A stretch of 64,000 nucleotides of DNA from an uncultured Rickettsiales bacterium (GTDB lineage: Bacteria; Myxococcota_A; UBA796; UBA9615; CAYRNR01). Position numbers and translations under genes: made by a program. Below the pieces are notes generated by a model. The model was not told where the DNA came from, searched no databases, and worked only from the letters and a program-made list of their open reading frames with translations. Positions 9,622 through 18,882 of this stretch are shown here, piece after piece (the first letter of the stretch is position 1; every line of letters starts with the position of its first letter). The DNA lies in contig CAYTBN010000029.1 in assembly GCA_964436045.1 (NCBI GenBank), positions 22,714 through 86,713 of the forward strand. Reading direction: 5' to 3'.

Positions 9622-10901
9622 CCACATCTCGTCCCCTCGCCCTGTGCTGCCTGCTGGGGCTGCTCGCATGCTCTTCGCCCGAGACCACGGAGGTTCTGTC
9701 GCCCGCAGACGCCTACGCAGCGGCCCTCGAGGCCCTCGAGGCGGACGATGCTGCAACGGCAGAGGCGCTGTTCGCGCGGATGGTGGACGCCGATCCGGTC
9801 GATCCGGTCGCCCGCGCCGGTCTGGCCAGAGCGCTGGCCCACCAGGGGCGTTTCGGCGAGGCGATCATCCAGGACAAGCTGGCCTTCGCCCTCGAACCAC
9901 GGCTGGCCGAGGTGGCGTACAACACCGCCTGCTCCTACGCCCGCCTGGGTGAGCAGGAGGAGGCGCTGCGCTGGCTGTCACGGGCCTGGAACGGCGGTAT
10001 TCGCGACCTGAACCTGATCGAGCAGGACCCGGACCTGGACGCCCTGCGCCAGGATCACCGCTTCGCCTTCTTCCTGGCCACTGGCGCGCTGTCGCTGGCC
10101 GAACGGGAGGCGCTGGTGGAGGTCTCGCCGGCCTTGGTGTCTCCCGATCAGCGGGTCCGCGTCGAGCTGACAGTGGTCAGCCTCAACCGGCCGCTGATGG
10201 CCACTCCGGAGCAGCTGGGCCTGCGCTACACCGGCGACCTGAGCGCCGGCTCGCTGGCTCCAGTGGCCCGGGTCGAACGGTTCGAGGCGGGGGAGAGCGG
10301 CGGCCGCGAGTTCTTCCGCCGGGAGCTGGCCTTCACATTCGAGGCCCGGGAACCGATGGAGACCATGATCGGTCCTTTCGAGCTGTTCCTCGACGAGGAG
10401 GAGCTGCCGGTCCGGCCGGCCTGGCTATCGGTGCGAGAGGTGCTGCCGGATCTGTTCGCCCGCCGTGGGACCACGGGCAGCGACGCGGCCGTCCCGGACG
10501 CGGCAACGTGGTTTGCCCCGCCCAGCGAGCTGACCACCGCGGTTCGCCATCCGTTCGCCCGCTGGGAGGAGAGTGAGCCGGAGGGGGACGAGCTGGACGA
10601 CGCTCGCGGCGGGCGCGACCTGGTGGTCGGCGTCGAACTGGGCACCAACGGCGCATCCGTTCCCGCCGACCTGGTCCTCGAGTTACCCGCGGGCTGCGAC
10701 GTGTTCTCGCATCCGCGCACCACCGCGTTCCTGCGCACCCGCGCCGAGGGCGTGTCGCGGGTCTGGTTCCATCGTCGGCTGGTGGGAGAGGCGCCCCCTG
10801 GCGAGATCTTCCCTGGCTGCGCGGATCCGCTCCCCATCGAGGTGCGCCAGGGTGACGAGGTCTTGTTTCAGACCGAACTGCCGTGGCTCCAGGCCCGCTG
10901 A
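9618..10901 (+). CDS. TPR-repeat lipoprotein
   Basis: ATGA overlap with the pgeF stop. Lipobox LLAC. TPR-like helices near the N-terminus (AYNTACSYARLGEQEEALRWL). Confidence 0.75.
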   Translation: MTTSRPLALCCLLGLLACSSPETTEVLSPADAYAAALEALEADDAATAEALFARMVDADPVDPVARAGLARALAHQGRFGEAIIQDKLAFALEPRLAEVAYNTACSYARLGEQEEALRWLSRAWNGGIRDLNLIEQDPDLDALRQDHRFAFFLATGALSLAEREALVEVSPALVSPDQRVRVELTVVSLNRPLMATPEQLGLRYTGDLSAGSLAPVARVERFEAGESGGREFFRRELAFTFEAREPMETMIGPFELFLDEEELPVRPAWLSVREVLPDLFARRGTTGSDAAVPDAATWFAPPSELTTAVRHPFARWEESEPEGDELDDARGGRDLVVGVELGTNGASVPADLVLELPAGCDVFSHPRTTAFLRTRAEGVSRVWFHRRLVGEAPPGEIFPGCADPLPIEVRQGDEVLFQTELPWLQAR

Positions 10902-10910
10902 GTCCGCCCG

Positions 10911-12950
10911 CTACGGAGTATTCGCGCGATCGCGCCGTGCTTGACGGCGGCGTTCGGCCTCCCGTTCGAGGAGCTCCACCAGCTCCGGTGGGGCGCCGTA
11001 GAAGCTGGCCCAGCGAGCCTGCGAACGCCAGAATACCGGTCCGCTGCGGGGTTCGGCGTCCGCCATCGCCTGGACCACCGCCACGGGCGGGGGGGCACCG
11101 CTGGGCGAGGCGACCGACCGCCGGATGGTGGCGCGGTCGACCGCCGCGCCCGCCGCGAGCAGCGCCTCGGCGGCCTCCCACTGGTCCCGCTCCAACGTCC
11201 GCCGCAGCGGCGTCCGTCCGTCCTCCAGGGGAGCGTTCGGATCGGCCCCACCTTCGAGCAGGGCCTTGATGTTGGCCAGGTTGTGTTGGCGAAGGGCCGT
11301 CTCCAGCGGACGGAGCCCGTCCGCGGACAGGATCTCCAGGTCAGCGCCCGCGGCGGCGAGGGCGGCGACGACGGTTCCCTGATCCTCCCAGGTGTCCTGG
11401 AGGGCCAGGTGGATCGCGGCGCTACCACCGGGATCGCGGGCGTCCGGATCCGCACCGTGGGCGGCGAGGAGCGGGATCATGTCGGCGTAACCGTTGGCCG
11501 CCGCGCCGTGGAGCGCGCGCTGGGCGGAGCGCTGGGGGCGGACGCTGTGGATCAGCAAGGTCTCGATGGACGTGGCCTGGCCCCGGCAGGCGGCGTCGAA
11601 TGCCAGCTCGTCGATCTTCTCGGGCCGGTTCGCCGCAACCCGCGGTAGGGCGGCGGCCATCACGTCGGGGTTGCCGGAATCGACCCCGATGGTGAGCACC
11701 GCCTCCCAGCGGGGTGCCGCCCGTCCCGGTGGGAGGGCGGTCATCAACATCTCCACCAGGTCGAGACGGCCCTGGTAGGCAGCCTCGTCCACCGGGTGGT
11801 AGTCGCCGTGTTGTCGGGGCACGGCTCCCCGTTCCAGCAGGAAGGCGACCATCTCCGCGTCCCCATCGGACACCGCCCTGGAGAGCAGGGTCCCGCCATG
11901 GCGCCGCTCCGTGGGCTGGCCGGGATCCATGCCCGCCTCGATCAGCTCGTCCAGCCCCTCCAGGTCCCGTACAGCCAGCAGGTCGAAGCCCAGGTCGACG
12001 AGATCAAATCCACCCTCGGCGAGCTGGGCGGCCAGGACCGGGTTCGTCGCCAGCCCGCCGCGGACCTCGTCCACCGACAGACGGGCGGGGGAGAGGTCGG
12101 GATTCAGGGTGAGCAGGCGTTGCATCCTGCGTTCGTCGGCCAGGGTCGCCGCCGGAACATCGCCGACCTGGCGCCCGGCACCCCGCTCGGCCAGCCCCTC
12201 CGCCCACTCCAGCTGATCGTGGGTGACCGCCACGTCGAAGGCGCCCTCGAGCGCCGACACCGGCATGCCCGCGGCCAGCAGCTCGTCCAGCACGCTGTGG
12301 TCCGCACCAAAACGCTCGCCAGCCGCCTCGGTCCATGTGATGTCGAGGCCGGTCAGATCCGGCTCCAGCGCCAGCAGCTGGGCGATGGTTCCGCCCTCGA
12401 AGGCGGCGGGCGGCAGGTGGGTCAGGCGCCGCTCGGCGCCCAGCTCGGCCAGGTGGCTCGCCCACGTCAGGTCGCCCCCTTCGGCAGCATCCTGGAACGC
12501 TCCGTCGAGGGTGCCGATCCCGGCGCCCCATTCGATCAGCAGGCCCATCAGCGCGGGGTCGCGGAGATCGGCCGCCAGTCGCAGCGGCGCCACCTGCCGG
12601 TACTCGACCTTGGCCTCGGTCAGCAGGTCCTCGTCCAGGATCGGGGTCAACAGCCACAGGCCGCCGGTGACCAGCGACATGATGGCCCCGGCGGCGTGGA
12701 GCTTGCGCCGGGTGTAGGCCACCGAGCAGGTGGCGTTGGGATTGGCGCCCCGCTCGAGCGTGCGACGGACGGCGGACAGGTCCGTACCCTTGGACAGCAG
12801 CGCATCACAGAGGTTGGCATGGGCGTTGGCGGATACCGCCGCCGGGATCTCGTCGTCCGCCACCGCGGCGTGCGGAGCGCAGAGGACCGCGGACGCCAGC
12901 AGACCCAGGATCAGGATTCGCACGGTGCGGCCGCCAGTTACGGGAGACAC
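10911..12950 (-). CDS. secreted ankyrin-repeat protein
   Basis: Multiple ANK-like units (GADPDARDPGGSAAIHLAL, GADPNAPLEDGRTPLRRTL). N-terminal signal peptide. The start is GTG at 12950 or GTG near 12923 (uncertain). Confidence 0.7.
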   Translation of the reverse strand: MSPVTGGRTVRILILGLLASAVLCAPHAAVADDEIPAAVSANAHANLCDALLSKGTDLSAVRRTLERGANPNATCSVAYTRRKLHAAGAIMSLVTGGLWLLTPILDEDLLTEAKVEYRQVAPLRLAADLRDPALMGLLIEWGAGIGTLDGAFQDAAEGGDLTWASHLAELGAERRLTHLPPAAFEGGTIAQLLALEPDLTGLDITWTEAAGERFGADHSVLDELLAAGMPVSALEGAFDVAVTHDQLEWAEGLAERGAGRQVGDVPAATLADERRMQRLLTLNPDLSPARLSVDEVRGGLATNPVLAAQLAEGGFDLVDLGFDLLAVRDLEGLDELIEAGMDPGQPTERRHGGTLLSRAVSDGDAEMVAFLLERGAVPRQHGDYHPVDEAAYQGRLDLVEMLMTALPPGRAAPRWEAVLTIGVDSGNPDVMAAALPRVAANRPEKIDELAFDAACRGQATSIETLLIHSVRPQRSAQRALHGAAANGYADMIPLLAAHGADPDARDPGGSAAIHLALQDTWEDQGTVVAALAAAGADLEILSADGLRPLETALRQHNLANIKALLEGGADPNAPLEDGRTPLRRTLERDQWEAAEALLAAGAAVDRATIRRSVASPSGAPPPVAVVQAMADAEPRSGPVFWRSQARWASFYGAPPELVELLEREAERRRQARRDRANTP

Positions 12951-15571
12951 GCGGCCAGGGAGCAGCCGTTCTCCTCGAGCACCTCACCCAGGGCGTTGTC
13001 GGTGAAGGTGTTGCCCGAGCAGTCGGCGATGCTCACGCCAGCTGCCGCGCAGGCGAGCCCGTAACCGCCGTTACCCTCGAAGGTGTTGCCGCTGATATCG
13101 CCGGTCACGGTGCCCGCGAGCCAGATTCCGTGGCCCGTGTTGGAGGAGATCGCCACGTTGTCAGCGACGTTGAGGAGTATCGCCCCGGAGGTACCATCGA
13201 TCTCCAGGCCGTTCTCGCCGGCGCCGCTGAGGTCGCAGCCGACGATCTCCGCGGTGTTGTCGGCCCCGCTCCCCAGGACCCGGATCCCGCTGCCCGCGGC
13301 CCCGGCGACGTCGACGCCCTCGACAGAGGACGCCAGCACGCCGCTCAGCTGGATCGCCGGGCCGGCCTGACAGCTGTCGATGGTGGTAGTGCCGCCGATG
13401 GAGACGTCGCCCCATGACGAGATGGCGATCGGGGTGCTCGTCGCGCCCAGGAAGGAGTTGTCGTCGGCCACCAGCGTCTCGTCGCCCGGCGTGCTTCCGC
13501 TCAGACTCATCGGGGTGGCTACGCCGTCGAAGGTGTTGTCCGAGATCACCAGATCACCCGCGTATGCGGACACCGAAAATCCGGTGGCGTTGCCGTTGAA
13601 CTCGTTGTCCTCGTAGGTCGCGGTGGCAGTCATCAGCGACACATCCGTCGCGTAGAGCTGGATTGCGGTACCCGCGTTGTTGAAGGTGTTTCCCGACACG
13701 GTCCCGTAGTAGGTGCTGCCATAGAGGGCGGAGCCGCTGAGGCCGTCGAAGGTGTTGCCGCTGAACACCGCATCGCTGGTGTAACCGTAGACGGCTGTCC
13801 AGCTGTGGTCGCCGAAGTGGTTGTCCTCCACGTAGATCGGGAAACCGGTGGCGCTGTCGCCGCGGGCGAACACACCGGCGTAGTTGTCCGACAGGTCCGA
13901 GCCAGCGACGGTGACTGCGGACTCCGTGATGTAGACGCCGTAGTAGTCGCTGCCGGTCAGCGTGCTATCGGTGACCGACCCCTGCGAGTCGGTGTACTGG
14001 ATCGCCATGCCGCCGGTCTCCCACTGGTCCACCTCCTCCCAGTCTTCGGGGAGGACGCCGGCCTGGGCGTTCTCGAAGGTGCAGCCCACGTAGTCGATGG
14101 CCGAGGTGCGGGCGTCGATGCCGTAGATGAAGGTGTCGTGGGCGTACAGATTGGTGAAGGTGCCCGCGGAGCCACCGATGTAGCCGGCCCACAGGCGGGT
14201 GTCGTAGACCTCGTCGTCCACCGAGGTGAACTCCGAGTCCTGGATGAAGAACCCGAGCACGTCGATGTCGTGGATCACGTTGCCGCTCATCTGCAGGTCG
14301 ACGATGTCGAACAGGCCGACGGCCATGCCGCTGTCGTAGGTGTTGGCCTGGGGCTGCTCGCCACTCCACTGCAGGCCGTTCACCTCGTTGTCGGTGAAGG
14401 TGACCTGGTCGAGCCCCTGGACATACAGGCCGTACAGCATCCCGTCGCGAATCGTGTTGCGCGCGACGGTGGCGGTGCCGCCGAACGGGCCATCGGCGTC
14501 GAGGTAGGGGTACTGCACGTACATGCTGAACTGTTGGTACCCCTCGACCACGTTGTCCTCGACGGTCAGCGTGGCGTCGTCGTTGGCGACCATGATCCCG
14601 TAGGAGTTGCCGTAGGCCGCGTTGGTGGTGGTGACCGTGTTGCGCGAGACCTCGGAGTCCTGACCGATCACGTAGATCCCGTAGCCGCTGACCTGGGACA
14701 GGTAGTTGTCGGTGATCGTCGAGAACATCTCCTCGCCACCGATGATGCCGACGACACCGTTGGACGACTCCTCGATCGAGCTGTTGGTGATCGCCAGATC
14801 GCTGTCGAAGGTGTAGGCGGCAACCCGCTGGCAGAAGCTCATCTGCACCGTATCCATGGAGATGACGCCGGTGGAGTCCTCGGCGTACACGCAGGTGCCG
14901 TCGTAGTCGTCGCTCTCGGTGGGTACCAGGACTCCGGAGATGGCGGTGGTGGAGATGTCGGCCGACGAGTCCGCCAGCTTGAGGCCGTAGCCGGTGTTGT
15001 CTAGCAGCTGGGAGCCGGACAGGGTCAGCTGGCTGCCCTCGGCCTGGATCGCTCCGGCCGGGTTCTGGGCCAGCAGCAGGTTCTGCAAGGTGACCTGACT
15101 GCCGTCGAGGGCGATCGCGAACTGGCCGGCCTCCTCGATGATCAGGTCGTCGAGGACCACGTTGGTCGCGTCGTAGACCGCCACCCCGTTGCGGGTGCTC
15201 TGGACCGACAGGTGGGCGATGGTGACGTCGCTGGAGGTGACCGAGATTCCCATCTCGTTGACGTCACCGATGATCACCGTCTGAGACCTGCCCGCGCCCA
15301 GCAGGGTGACCGGCTTCTCGATGGTGACCGAGCCCTCGAATTCGCCCTCGCACAGGGTGATGTTGTCCCCTTCGACGGACACCCACAGCGCGTCGGCCAG
15401 GTTCGCGTAGCCGGGTTCCACCCCGTTGACCAGGATGCAGCCTTCCGCGTACTCGGTGACATCGTCGTCGTCGCCCACGGCCGAGTCGTCGTCGTCGTCG
15501 GTGGGGCAACCCAGCGGGGCCAGCCCCAGGGCGGCAGCCAGGATCCACTGGTAGTGCGTGCGTGCGCGCAT
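12938..15571 (-). CDS. right-handed parallel beta-helix lipoprotein, paralog 1
   Basis: ATG at 15571 with GGAGGAG RBS. Lipobox PLGC. D-rich linker. Long run of beta-helix repeats (NxxGxxV...). C-terminal EENGCSLAACLP. Confidence 0.8.
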   Translation of the reverse strand: MRARTHYQWILAAALGLAPLGCPTDDDDDSAVGDDDDVTEYAEGCILVNGVEPGYANLADALWVSVEGDNITLCEGEFEGSVTIEKPVTLLGAGRSQTVIIGDVNEMGISVTSSDVTIAHLSVQSTRNGVAVYDATNVVLDDLIIEEAGQFAIALDGSQVTLQNLLLAQNPAGAIQAEGSQLTLSGSQLLDNTGYGLKLADSSADISTTAISGVLVPTESDDYDGTCVYAEDSTGVISMDTVQMSFCQRVAAYTFDSDLAITNSSIEESSNGVVGIIGGEEMFSTITDNYLSQVSGYGIYVIGQDSEVSRNTVTTTNAAYGNSYGIMVANDDATLTVEDNVVEGYQQFSMYVQYPYLDADGPFGGTATVARNTIRDGMLYGLYVQGLDQVTFTDNEVNGLQWSGEQPQANTYDSGMAVGLFDIVDLQMSGNVIHDIDVLGFFIQDSEFTSVDDEVYDTRLWAGYIGGSAGTFTNLYAHDTFIYGIDARTSAIDYVGCTFENAQAGVLPEDWEEVDQWETGGMAIQYTDSQGSVTDSTLTGSDYYGVYITESAVTVAGSDLSDNYAGVFARGDSATGFPIYVEDNHFGDHSWTAVYGYTSDAVFSGNTFDGLSGSALYGSTYYGTVSGNTFNNAGTAIQLYATDVSLMTATATYEDNEFNGNATGFSVSAYAGDLVISDNTFDGVATPMSLSGSTPGDETLVADDNSFLGATSTPIAISSWGDVSIGGTTTIDSCQAGPAIQLSGVLASSVEGVDVAGAAGSGIRVLGSGADNTAEIVGCDLSGAGENGLEIDGTSGAILLNVADNVAISSNTGHGIWLAGTVTGDISGNTFEGNGGYGLACAAAGVSIADCSGNTFTDNALGEVLEENGCSLAACLP

Positions 15572-15637
15572 GGTCTCCTCCGAGATCCGCAGCATAGCCG
15601 GATTTGCTGAGACGGGTAGAGGGTCAGGGCCGGGCGG

Positions 15638-18115
15638 TCACTCCGCGAGGCAACCCAGGACGCAGCCGTTCTCCTCCTTGAGATCGCTCACCCCGTTGCC
15701 CGCCATGGTGTTGGCGCAGGAGTCGAGGACGACGTCGGGGCCGTCGCAGGAGATGCCGTACTCGGCGTTGCCGGCGATGGTGTTGCCGGTGAGCGATCCG
15801 GTGACGGCCCCCTCCAGCCGGACTCCGTTGGTGGCGCCCTGGGAGAAGGCCAGGTTGTCGTTGATCGTGACCGAGGAGCTGGAGATCCGCAGGTTGTCGG
15901 CCAGCGATCCGGTCAGGGAGCAGCCGGTGACGGAGAGGGTCGAGCCGTCCAGGACCATTCCCGGGCCGCTGCTGCCAGTGACGGTCAGGCCCTCGACGGT
16001 GCCTTCGACCTGCTGCAGCTGAACCGCGGGGTATCCGCCGTCGATCCCGTCGACGGTGTTACCGCCGCTGATCTCGAGGTCGACGCCGAAGCCGTACACG
16101 GCGCTGTTGGCCAGGTCGTAAAAGGTGTTGTCGCGCAGCTCCACCAGCGCCCCGTCCACGTCGTAATCGGCGGCGTAGATCCCGTACCCATCCGAGCCGT
16201 AGCCGCTGTAGTCGATGGTCGACGAGAACGTGTTGTTCTCGATGTGGACCGTGCGGGCCAGGTAGGTGGACCGCACCCCATTGCCCACCTCGCTGAACGT
16301 GTTGTCCTCGATGGTGAGGTCGCCGATCTGTTCGTCGGCGTCGCTGGACCATAGGTAGATCGCGTCCTCGACGTCGCGGAACTCGTTCCCGACGATGGTC
16401 CCGAACGGATAAAAAGCGTAGAGACCGTAGGCCGTGTCCCCCGTGAGAAGGCTGTCCTGCAGCTGGATGTCGGTGGACTGCAGCGTGATGTGGAACGAGT
16501 CGTTGTCGGTCAGGGTGCAGCCGACGAGGCTGGCCTGGGATTCGGTGAACGACAGCCCGGTTCCCGAGTACTCGTAAGGCTCGGGATCCTCCCACAGCTC
16601 CGGCGGCACTGCGGAGACCGTGTCGATCACGGTCGCGAACTCGAAGGTCACGTCGGCGGTGCGGACGTCGGCGCCTGTGATTGCGTTTCGTTCCAGGGAG
16701 AGCCCGGTGAAGGTGCCCGCCGATTCGCCGATGTACAGGCCCCACAGGTGGTTGTCGGTGACCGCGTCGTCGATGGACGTGAAGTTGGACTCCTGCAGGA
16801 ACACCCCGACCACATCCACATCGAACACCAGATTGTCCGCCATCGTCAGCTCGTCGATGGTCCAGAGGCTCACGCCAAACCCGTCACCGTAGGCGCCGTT
16901 GGAGAGTGACCCGCTCCACCGGATGCCGTGAACGTCGTTGCCCTGGAGGTCGGCGCTGTCCAGGTCGGTGACCAGCATGCCGTACAGGTTCACGTCGGCC
17001 ACCGTGTTGCCGTGGATGGTGGCGTTGCCTCCGGTGGGTGCAGGATCTGTGAAGGGGTACTGGACCCAGATGCCCCCGCGCCCGTAGCCGCTGACCTCGT
17101 TGTCGTTGACGATGAAGGTCCCGTCTGTCTGACCAACCGCGATGCCGTAGGTGTTGTCGCCGGGGTCGGTCACGGTCACCGTGTTGCCCTCGACCGTCGC
17201 CGCCTGGTCCGCCATCAGGACTCCGAACAGGGGACACTCGTCGATGGTGTTGCCCGAGACCATGCTGGCGCCGGCCTCGCCCGGCCCCAGGGCGGCGATC
17301 CCGTTGGCGCAGCTGGAGATCGCGGAGTTGGTCACCTCGAGATCGGCGTTGATGCCGTAGACCCCGACCCGGTTGCAGCCATCGAGGGTGACGCCGTCGA
17401 CCGAGATCGGACCGTGTGCGTCCCGGGCCAGGATGCAGGTGCCGTCGTCCTCGCCCGGCTCGTCCTGGAGCGTGATGCCGGCGATCTCCGTGTCGACGAT
17501 CACCGCGTCCGAGTCGACCATGCGGATGCCGTAACCCGCGATGTCATCGATGGTGCAGCCGTCGACCTCGAGGCTCGAGTCGCTCGCATCGATGGCGGCG
17601 AAGGGGTGAACGGCCAGGGTGGAGTCGGCGATGCGAACCTGGCTGCCGTCGACCTGGATGCCGACCTGGCCGCTGTCGCTGACGATCAGGTCTTCGAGGA
17701 GTACGTCGGTCGCGTCCTCCACCGCGATGCCGTTGCGCGTGCTGGACACGGTGAATCCGGACAGCGTCACCCCCGCGGTCAGGCGGATGGTCACGCCCAT
17801 CTCGTTGACGTCGCCCTCGATGATGGTGGTCTCCGGTGCGGCGCCGAGGATCGTCAGGTCGTTCTCGATGACCACCGAGCCGCTGTAGGTGCCCTCGCAG
17901 ACCGAGATCACGTCGCCTTCGCCAGCGGCGTTGATCGCGTCCTGCAGGTGGGCAAAACCGGGAACCGCTCCGTTGACGGTGATGCAACCCGCCTCGGCGG
18001 TGTCATCGTCGTCGCCCGTGGTGTCGTCGTCGTCGCCCGCCTCGGAATCGCAGCCAGCGGGGATCAGCAGCAGCGCGACGCAGAGCGCCAGCGCAAGGAT
18101 CTCGGGGCGATGCAT
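15638..18115 (-). CDS. right-handed parallel beta-helix lipoprotein, paralog 2
   Basis: ATG start. Lipobox PAGC. D-rich linker. Same architecture and C-terminal motif (EENGCVLGCLAE) as 12938..15571. Confidence 0.8.
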   Translation of the reverse strand: MHRPEILALALCVALLLIPAGCDSEAGDDDDTTGDDDDTAEAGCITVNGAVPGFAHLQDAINAAGEGDVISVCEGTYSGSVVIENDLTILGAAPETTIIEGDVNEMGVTIRLTAGVTLSGFTVSSTRNGIAVEDATDVLLEDLIVSDSGQVGIQVDGSQVRIADSTLAVHPFAAIDASDSSLEVDGCTIDDIAGYGIRMVDSDAVIVDTEIAGITLQDEPGEDDGTCILARDAHGPISVDGVTLDGCNRVGVYGINADLEVTNSAISSCANGIAALGPGEAGASMVSGNTIDECPLFGVLMADQAATVEGNTVTVTDPGDNTYGIAVGQTDGTFIVNDNEVSGYGRGGIWVQYPFTDPAPTGGNATIHGNTVADVNLYGMLVTDLDSADLQGNDVHGIRWSGSLSNGAYGDGFGVSLWTIDELTMADNLVFDVDVVGVFLQESNFTSIDDAVTDNHLWGLYIGESAGTFTGLSLERNAITGADVRTADVTFEFATVIDTVSAVPPELWEDPEPYEYSGTGLSFTESQASLVGCTLTDNDSFHITLQSTDIQLQDSLLTGDTAYGLYAFYPFGTIVGNEFRDVEDAIYLWSSDADEQIGDLTIEDNTFSEVGNGVRSTYLARTVHIENNTFSSTIDYSGYGSDGYGIYAADYDVDGALVELRDNTFYDLANSAVYGFGVDLEISGGNTVDGIDGGYPAVQLQQVEGTVEGLTVTGSSGPGMVLDGSTLSVTGCSLTGSLADNLRISSSSVTINDNLAFSQGATNGVRLEGAVTGSLTGNTIAGNAEYGISCDGPDVVLDSCANTMAGNGVSDLKEENGCVLGCLAE

Positions 18116-18201
18116 GGGTCCTCCCGATGGCCAGCATACCCGAGCCCCGCCTCGGCGGTGCAGCGCAGCCGCAGCTCAGGGGAGCCGGTTCATGCGAGCT
18201 C

Positions 18202-18753
18202 TCAGACCACGGTGACGATCTCGGCCGGAGCCTTTCGGGTCCGGGGGCGGAGGTGCCCGCCACGGTGGTGCTCGGGGAGCTGGCTGTCGTCCGTCGATGG
18301 CCGTCCCACCGCGATCATCACCATCGGCTCGACGTCCGGCTCCAGGCCAAAACGGTCCCGGATCACGCCGGGGTCGAAGCCTGCCATCGGGCGGGCGGCC
18401 AGCCCGTTGGCGGTCGCCGCCAGCATCAGGTTCATCACGGCCATGCCCACGTCGAAGCGGTGGTAGTCGGCGCCGTCCGCCGAGTGGCAGTCATCCTCGC
18501 GTCGGGCGGTGGCGACCACCAGCAACGGCGCATTGCAGGCCCAGGCGTTACCCTCTGCCAGCGCCGCCTGCCCATGGCCCAGCCCCTCGTCGCTCCGCAG
18601 GAAGAGAAAACGCCAGGGCTGGAAGTTGCGACACGACGGGGTCAGCCTGGCCGCCTCGATCAGCTCGACGACCACCGCGTCGTCCAGGGCGTCCGGCGCG
18701 ATCGAGCGGCCGGGGAAGCGGGCGTGAAGCAGGTCGAGCACTGGGTTTGCCAT
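18202..18753 (-). CDS. nitroreductase-family protein
   Basis: ATG at 18753 (residue 603 of the track ORF). MANPVLDLL...ARLTPSCRNFQPWRFLFL is typical of the NAD(P)H nitroreductase fold. The upstream part of the track ORF is junk. Confidence 0.8.
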   Translation of the reverse strand: MANPVLDLLHARFPGRSIAPDALDDAVVVELIEAARLTPSCRNFQPWRFLFLRSDEGLGHGQAALAEGNAWACNAPLLVVATARREDDCHSADGADYHRFDVGMAVMNLMLAATANGLAARPMAGFDPGVIRDRFGLEPDVEPMVMIAVGRPSTDDSQLPEHHRGGHLRPRTRKAPAEIVTVV

Positions 18754-18882
18754 GGGCGGCTCCGTCGGTTTGTGGTGGTCCCGCAGGGAGCATACCGGAT
18801 GGGGAACCTTCGCCGCGCCGGGATTTCGTGACGATGGCAAGCGTCCGTGTGACAATCCCGACCTACACCCGGAGGTGCTCCT

